38,989 nucleotides of DNA, taken from IMG/VR virus record IMGVR_UViG_3300029290_000005, positions 1 to 38,989 of that record. One strand, given 5' to 3'. Positions 35,574 through 38,989 of this stretch are shown here, piece after piece. Source of the stretch: a virus. Lineage: Duplodnaviria > Caudoviricetes. The notes beneath the pieces are model-generated. The model saw only the letters and a program-made list of their open reading frames with translations, searched no databases and had not been told where the DNA came from. Within the stretch, counting starts at the first letter, position 1, and every line of letters starts with the position of its first letter. The position numbers were made by a program, and so were the translations under genes.

Positions 35574-35633
35574 TAGGTCCAGCTAATTTAATTAGGAGTG
35601 CCTATTGACTTAATAATTAGGTTTACCTAATAT
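35574..35633 (+). promoter_or_regulatory. OL-like operators and PL-like promoter
   Basis: TAGGTCCAGCTA (35574), TAGGAGTGCCTA (35593), TAGGTTTACCTA (35618); TTGACT(35605)-17-TAATAT(35628). Confidence 0.85.
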
Positions 35634-35644
35634 TTATCTCACAA

Positions 35645-35695
35645 ACAACAAAAAGCCCCGAAACTTTGGACGGAGACGGGGCTTTGCAAACTGCG
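35645..35695 (-). ncRNA. Predicted antisense RNA of about 50 nt against the PL leader
   Basis: Minus-strand TTGAAA(35730-35725)-17-CATAAT(35707-35702); terminator AAAGCCCCG...CGGGGCTTTTT. Confidence 0.55.
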
Positions 35696-35704
35696 AGATC
35701 AATT

Positions 35705-36145
35705 ATGAACGTAAATACAATTCCTTTCAACCAAATCAAAGTTACGGGCTTTACAGCTCTAGTTTTGATTGCTGGTTTAGCTTCTTGTGAATATAAAACA
35801 GCACAGTCTAGCTCTGGTTCTAATTCCTACAACTTCACACCACAAACTCAACCTAGCAGCTATGGCGTTCAAACGGCCAAGATCATTGGTAAAACGTCTG
35901 GTATAGCAGTTATTAAACTTGATGGCTTCCGAGTTAACGTTAGCTTTGACTTTGAAACTCATCCTGATAGCTACGGTGTTCCAGGTTCCGAATTTACTGC
36001 TGTTGATGTAACCCAACTCACAATCAATGAAATTACCGATGTAAACGGTAAGTTTTACAGCGATTTCACAGATTACAACGATCATCGCAATATCAATGCG
36101 CTTCTTAAAGGCTTCATCGAACGTAATAAGTTGGTGGAGGCTTAA
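35705..36145 (+). CDS. Hypothetical protein, first early-left gene; hydrophobic N-terminus with lipobox-like LASC
   Basis: Start re-called at ATG 35705; FTALVLIAGLASC. Confidence 0.7.
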   Translation: MNVNTIPFNQIKVTGFTALVLIAGLASCEYKTAQSSSGSNSYNFTPQTQPSSYGVQTAKIIGKTSGIAVIKLDGFRVNVSFDFETHPDSYGVPGSEFTAVDVTQLTINEITDVNGKFYSDFTDYNDHRNINALLKGFIERNKLVEA

Positions 36146-36147
36146 TA

Positions 36148-36471
36148 ATGACTAAATTCAAAAAGCATCCAGACGGCTACAAGTCATATTTAGGCCGTGA
36201 CAATACTGGCCTCTACTATGTTCGCATTGGTTGGACTGTATATGCATCAAATGCTAATGGCTCGGTTCTTTACAAGATCAATGACTCAGTTAAGACGCCT
36301 TTAGATGTGGCCAAGTTCCAATCTGAATATCCAAAAGTATGGGAAGTACTTACTCAAGAGATCAGCTTTCAACGCAAAAAGAAATTAGCTATCGATTTGG
36401 GTAACTCACACATCTCATCAATTGAACGCAAAGCTTATAAAACTAAGCGCGGCTTCACTGGCTCAAGATAA
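36148..36471 (+). CDS. Hypothetical phage protein
   Basis: 107 aa, GGAGG RBS. Confidence 0.75.
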   Translation: MTKFKKHPDGYKSYLGRDNTGLYYVRIGWTVYASNANGSVLYKINDSVKTPLDVAKFQSEYPKVWEVLTQEISFQRKKKLAIDLGNSHISSIERKAYKTKRGFTGSR

Positions 36472-36482
36472 GGATAATAAAA

Positions 36483-37100
36483 ATGAATGCGGCAATTAAT
36501 CCAACCGTTTTAAACAATGAAAGTGCTAACCACTTTGAACAGTTAGCAGCGATTAGCGTATCTGTACATATCGAAAAGAAAAACAACATGTCATATCTGT
36601 CTTGGGCTTGGGCCGTGGACAAACTCATGCGCATAGATCCAAAAGCAAACTGGGCTTTTCGTGATCCAATGACTTTTCCGGATGGATCAATGATGGTTCA
36701 TTGTGATGTCACCGTATTTGGTAAAACCATGTACATGTTCTTGCCAGTGATGGACCATCGGAATAAAGCGATTGTTAAACCGAATGCTTTTGATATTAAT
36801 AAGGCCATGATGCGGTGTCTGGTTAAAGGCATTGCCGTACATGGTTTAGGTCTATACATCTATGCGGGTGAAGACTTACCTGAGGAAGAAAAGACTCAGC
36901 AAACACCACAAAACCAACAACACCCGAATGCAGCCCAACAACTTACGGCTGAATTTCAGCAAGCATTACATGCAATTCATCACACACAAAATGAGGCAGA
37001 TCTGGCCACAATCTATAAACGCTTCAAAGGTACGAGCTTTGAGAGCCAGATTGTTAAGGCATGTAAGGCAAAAAAGGACATGGAGGGATGGAGCGCTTAA
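36483..37100 (+). CDS. Single-strand annealing protein (Sak/Rad52-like, DUF1071)
   Basis: IEKKNNMSYLSWAWA, LPVMDHRNKA, RCLVKGIAVHGLGLYIYAGEDLP. Confidence 0.9.
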   Translation: MNAAINPTVLNNESANHFEQLAAISVSVHIEKKNNMSYLSWAWAVDKLMRIDPKANWAFRDPMTFPDGSMMVHCDVTVFGKTMYMFLPVMDHRNKAIVKPNAFDINKAMMRCLVKGIAVHGLGLYIYAGEDLPEEEKTQQTPQNQQHPNAAQQLTAEFQQALHAIHHTQNEADLATIYKRFKGTSFESQIVKACKAKKDMEGWSA

Positions 37101-37300
37101 GTACCTATATCTTTAGGTATGTTGCCAAATTACATGGCAACGGCACTCTAAGAGGTCGTATTGAAGCGACCTCTGCCCTCCACGCCAAACAACGTGTCAT
37201 GCAGAGCAATGAGCTGATTAAAGATGCTCATATCTCTTTACTCAAGAATCAGGCTTCTGCCCGTAAACAGGCTTTTGAAGCTATGGAGGAATTCATATGA
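37088..37300 (+). CDS. Hypothetical phage protein
   Basis: 70 aa, overlaps both neighbours. Confidence 0.6.
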   Translation: MERLSTYIFRYVAKLHGNGTLRGRIEATSALHAKQRVMQSNELIKDAHISLLKNQASARKQAFEAMEEFI

Positions 37301-37440
37301 GCTTCCGTTACTCATCCTCAGCCCGAACCCTAATTGTATTCGGCAATCTGATGAACCATTACTACGACAATGTAAACCCGTCTCAAATCGATAGCTTAGT
37401 TGATGAGGCGAAATTTAAAGAAGCGACTTGGAGAAAATAA
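37297..37440 (+). CDS. Small hypothetical protein (47 aa; missing from the ORF track)
   Basis: MSFRYSSSARTLIVFGNLMNHYYDNVNPSQIDSLVDEAKFKEATWRK; GGAGG RBS, ATGA overlap. Confidence 0.7.
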   Translation: MSFRYSSSARTLIVFGNLMNHYYDNVNPSQIDSLVDEAKFKEATWRK

Positions 37441-37451
37441 GGAGGAGCTAA

Positions 37452-37721
37452 ATGCTAAAAGATTTGAGAAATCTATCAGGTGCAGAACAGCAGGAATATT
37501 TAGATCGCTTCATCAAGGCAAATGAAGAACAAAACTTTCCCCAAGAAGTTGTGGCTCTTTATCTGGACTGCTCACCGTGGACGTTAGCTAGAATGCGTTG
37601 TGATCAGTCATCTATGCCTTTCTCAAAAATTGGTAGACGTGTCTCATATAAGAAGAAAGACGTATTAAAGTATGAACAAAGCAAGACCGTGCTGAACACA
37701 GCACAACTTGCTACGATATAA
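37452..37721 (+). CDS. Excisionase-like HTH DNA-binding protein
   Basis: QEVVALYLDCSPWTLARMR...PFSKIGRRVSY; AGGAGG RBS; adjacent to the integrase. Confidence 0.8.
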   Translation: MLKDLRNLSGAEQQEYLDRFIKANEEQNFPQEVVALYLDCSPWTLARMRCDQSSMPFSKIGRRVSYKKKDVLKYEQSKTVLNTAQLATI

Positions 37722-37739
37722 GGCGGTTATACCGCCTTT
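37719..37739. terminator. Bidirectional hairpin overlapping both convergent stop codons
   Basis: AAGGCGGT-tat-ACCGCCTT. Confidence 0.6.
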
Positions 37740-38989
37740 ATTTCTTTTAACCTTTCAGCCCAAACTGATTGATAGTTAAAGCAATCAATTTTTCCTTGAT
37801 AAACCGCTTCAATCATATTCATCGATGCTTTTAATTCCTCATCAGGAATTTGAACATATCCACCTGTAACGTCGATCCTTGGACGAGCAGTATGATTTAG
37901 AAGTCTTTTTGTCACATAGATATTAAATCTTAATAGATTGCATATAGAGGCAAATGTACGACGGAAATCATGCATTGAAACATAATAATCAACCTGCTCA
38001 CCAACTCGATTTAATAGTGTATCCACTTTTGTAGCATGCATATTCCATGAGGTAGGCATCTTTGTAGCTGGGAACACCCAATCGTTTTCTCTTAATAACC
38101 AGCGTTCACGCAAAATACTATGTAAATGATCACCAATTGGAAAAGTATGATCTGTACCGTTTTTGGTATCTCTAAAAGTTAAGGTACCACTTTTAATATT
38201 CACATCAGTCCACTTTAAACAACATGCCTCTTGTTTACGGCATCCCGTATACATGCACATCAATACAATATCTCGGTGTGTATTTGATCTTGCTGTATTT
38301 TCAAGATTTACCTCATCTTCATAGTTGAGTACTGCGTTGTAATATTTGTGAATAATGTCTTTGTGAAGGTGCCTATCTCTACTGCCAATCTTGTTCCAAC
38401 CTCTAGTTACGGAAATGATATCTACAGGATTGGTTTTAAGAATTGGGTTTTCATCTGTTGAATAAAGGACATGGATGTACTTCCACAAGGTACCTAAAAG
38501 AGATACGGATCCATTTGCAGATGATTCACTTATATTAGATACCTCAATAAAACGATCTAAGACTTCTTGCTTGGTTATCTGAAAAAGTTTTCTATTACCC
38601 CATCCTAAATAAAGATTAAAGTATGTGTTGTACTGCTTTATGGTTTTTGGCCTGAAGTCATTTTTTTCAATATAAATTTGAAGCGCTTCATTCACTGTAA
38701 TGTCTAAAGGATTAGAAACACTTTTTAATCTGGTTGGTTTTTCATATTCGTTGTTTGAAATTTTCGCAAGAATCATCTGAGCTTTTGCTCGAGCATTTGT
38801 AGTAGGAATATCGGTAGCCTTGCCAATCGTTACTCGAAATAACTCGCCTTCATGTCGACGTTCAACGATATATGTTTTGCTTTTATTGGTTACCCGAACA
38901 GCAAAACCAATGAGTTCTGAGTCTCGATATATTTTTTGACCTTTTTCCGTCAATGGAATAGCATCAACATTAGATTTGTTGAGTTTCAT
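37727..38989 (-). CDS. int: Tyrosine integrase with N-terminal arm-binding domain
   Basis: TGCRKQE (R), DTKNG (K), HDFRRT (HxxR), LLNH (H), GGYV (Y). Confidence 0.96.
   Translation of the reverse strand: MKLNKSNVDAIPLTEKGQKIYRDSELIGFAVRVTNKSKTYIVERRHEGELFRVTIGKATDIPTTNARAKAQMILAKISNNEYEKPTRLKSVSNPLDITVNEALQIYIEKNDFRPKTIKQYNTYFNLYLGWGNRKLFQITKQEVLDRFIEVSNISESSANGSVSLLGTLWKYIHVLYSTDENPILKTNPVDIISVTRGWNKIGSRDRHLHKDIIHKYYNAVLNYEDEVNLENTARSNTHRDIVLMCMYTGCRKQEACCLKWTDVNIKSGTLTFRDTKNGTDHTFPIGDHLHSILRERWLLRENDWVFPATKMPTSWNMHATKVDTLLNRVGEQVDYYVSMHDFRRTFASICNLLRFNIYVTKRLLNHTARPRIDVTGGYVQIPDEELKASMNMIEAVYQGKIDCFNYQSVWAERLKEIKAV

Larger units (their letters stand above)
614..38989. mobile_element. Temperate siphovirus-type prophage (boundaries approximate; att sites not identified)
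   Basis: Complete lambdoid gene order: integrase, xis, recombinase, cI/cro/cII, replication, Q-like, terminase, portal, capsid, tail, lysis. No tail sheath gene recognised. Confidence 0.95.

Overview
The window is an apparently near-complete temperate, lambdoid-organised siphovirus prophage. The host is probably Acinetobacter; this is inferred from protein types and base composition, not from a search. The right end holds a tyrosine integrase convergent with an excisionase-like gene, an early-left operon with a Sak/Rad52-like recombinase, and a cI/cro switch with six TAGG-N4-CCTA operators. The minus strand then carries cII, a replication initiator with iterons, a nuclease, a Q-like antiterminator and a PR'-like late promoter. 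After these come packaging, head and non-contractile tail genes (with a -1 frameshifted tail chaperone), a holin and a GH108 endolysin. att sites cannot be located. Four things stand out. (1) A 734-aa tail fibre ends in a penicillin-binding-protein (peptidase S11) domain with all three catalytic motifs. (2) An unannotated Mu Com-like zinc-finger gene with a structured antisense-strand RNA leads into a putative carbohydrate-binding protein and an alpha/beta-hydrolase, not a DNA-modification gene. (3) Three small antisense RNA cassettes are predicted. (4) Several AT-rich cargo genes (AAA+ ATPase, HNH-like protein, membrane proteins, lipoprotein) are defence or exclusion candidates. All product calls come from motif and synteny recognition; no searches were run.
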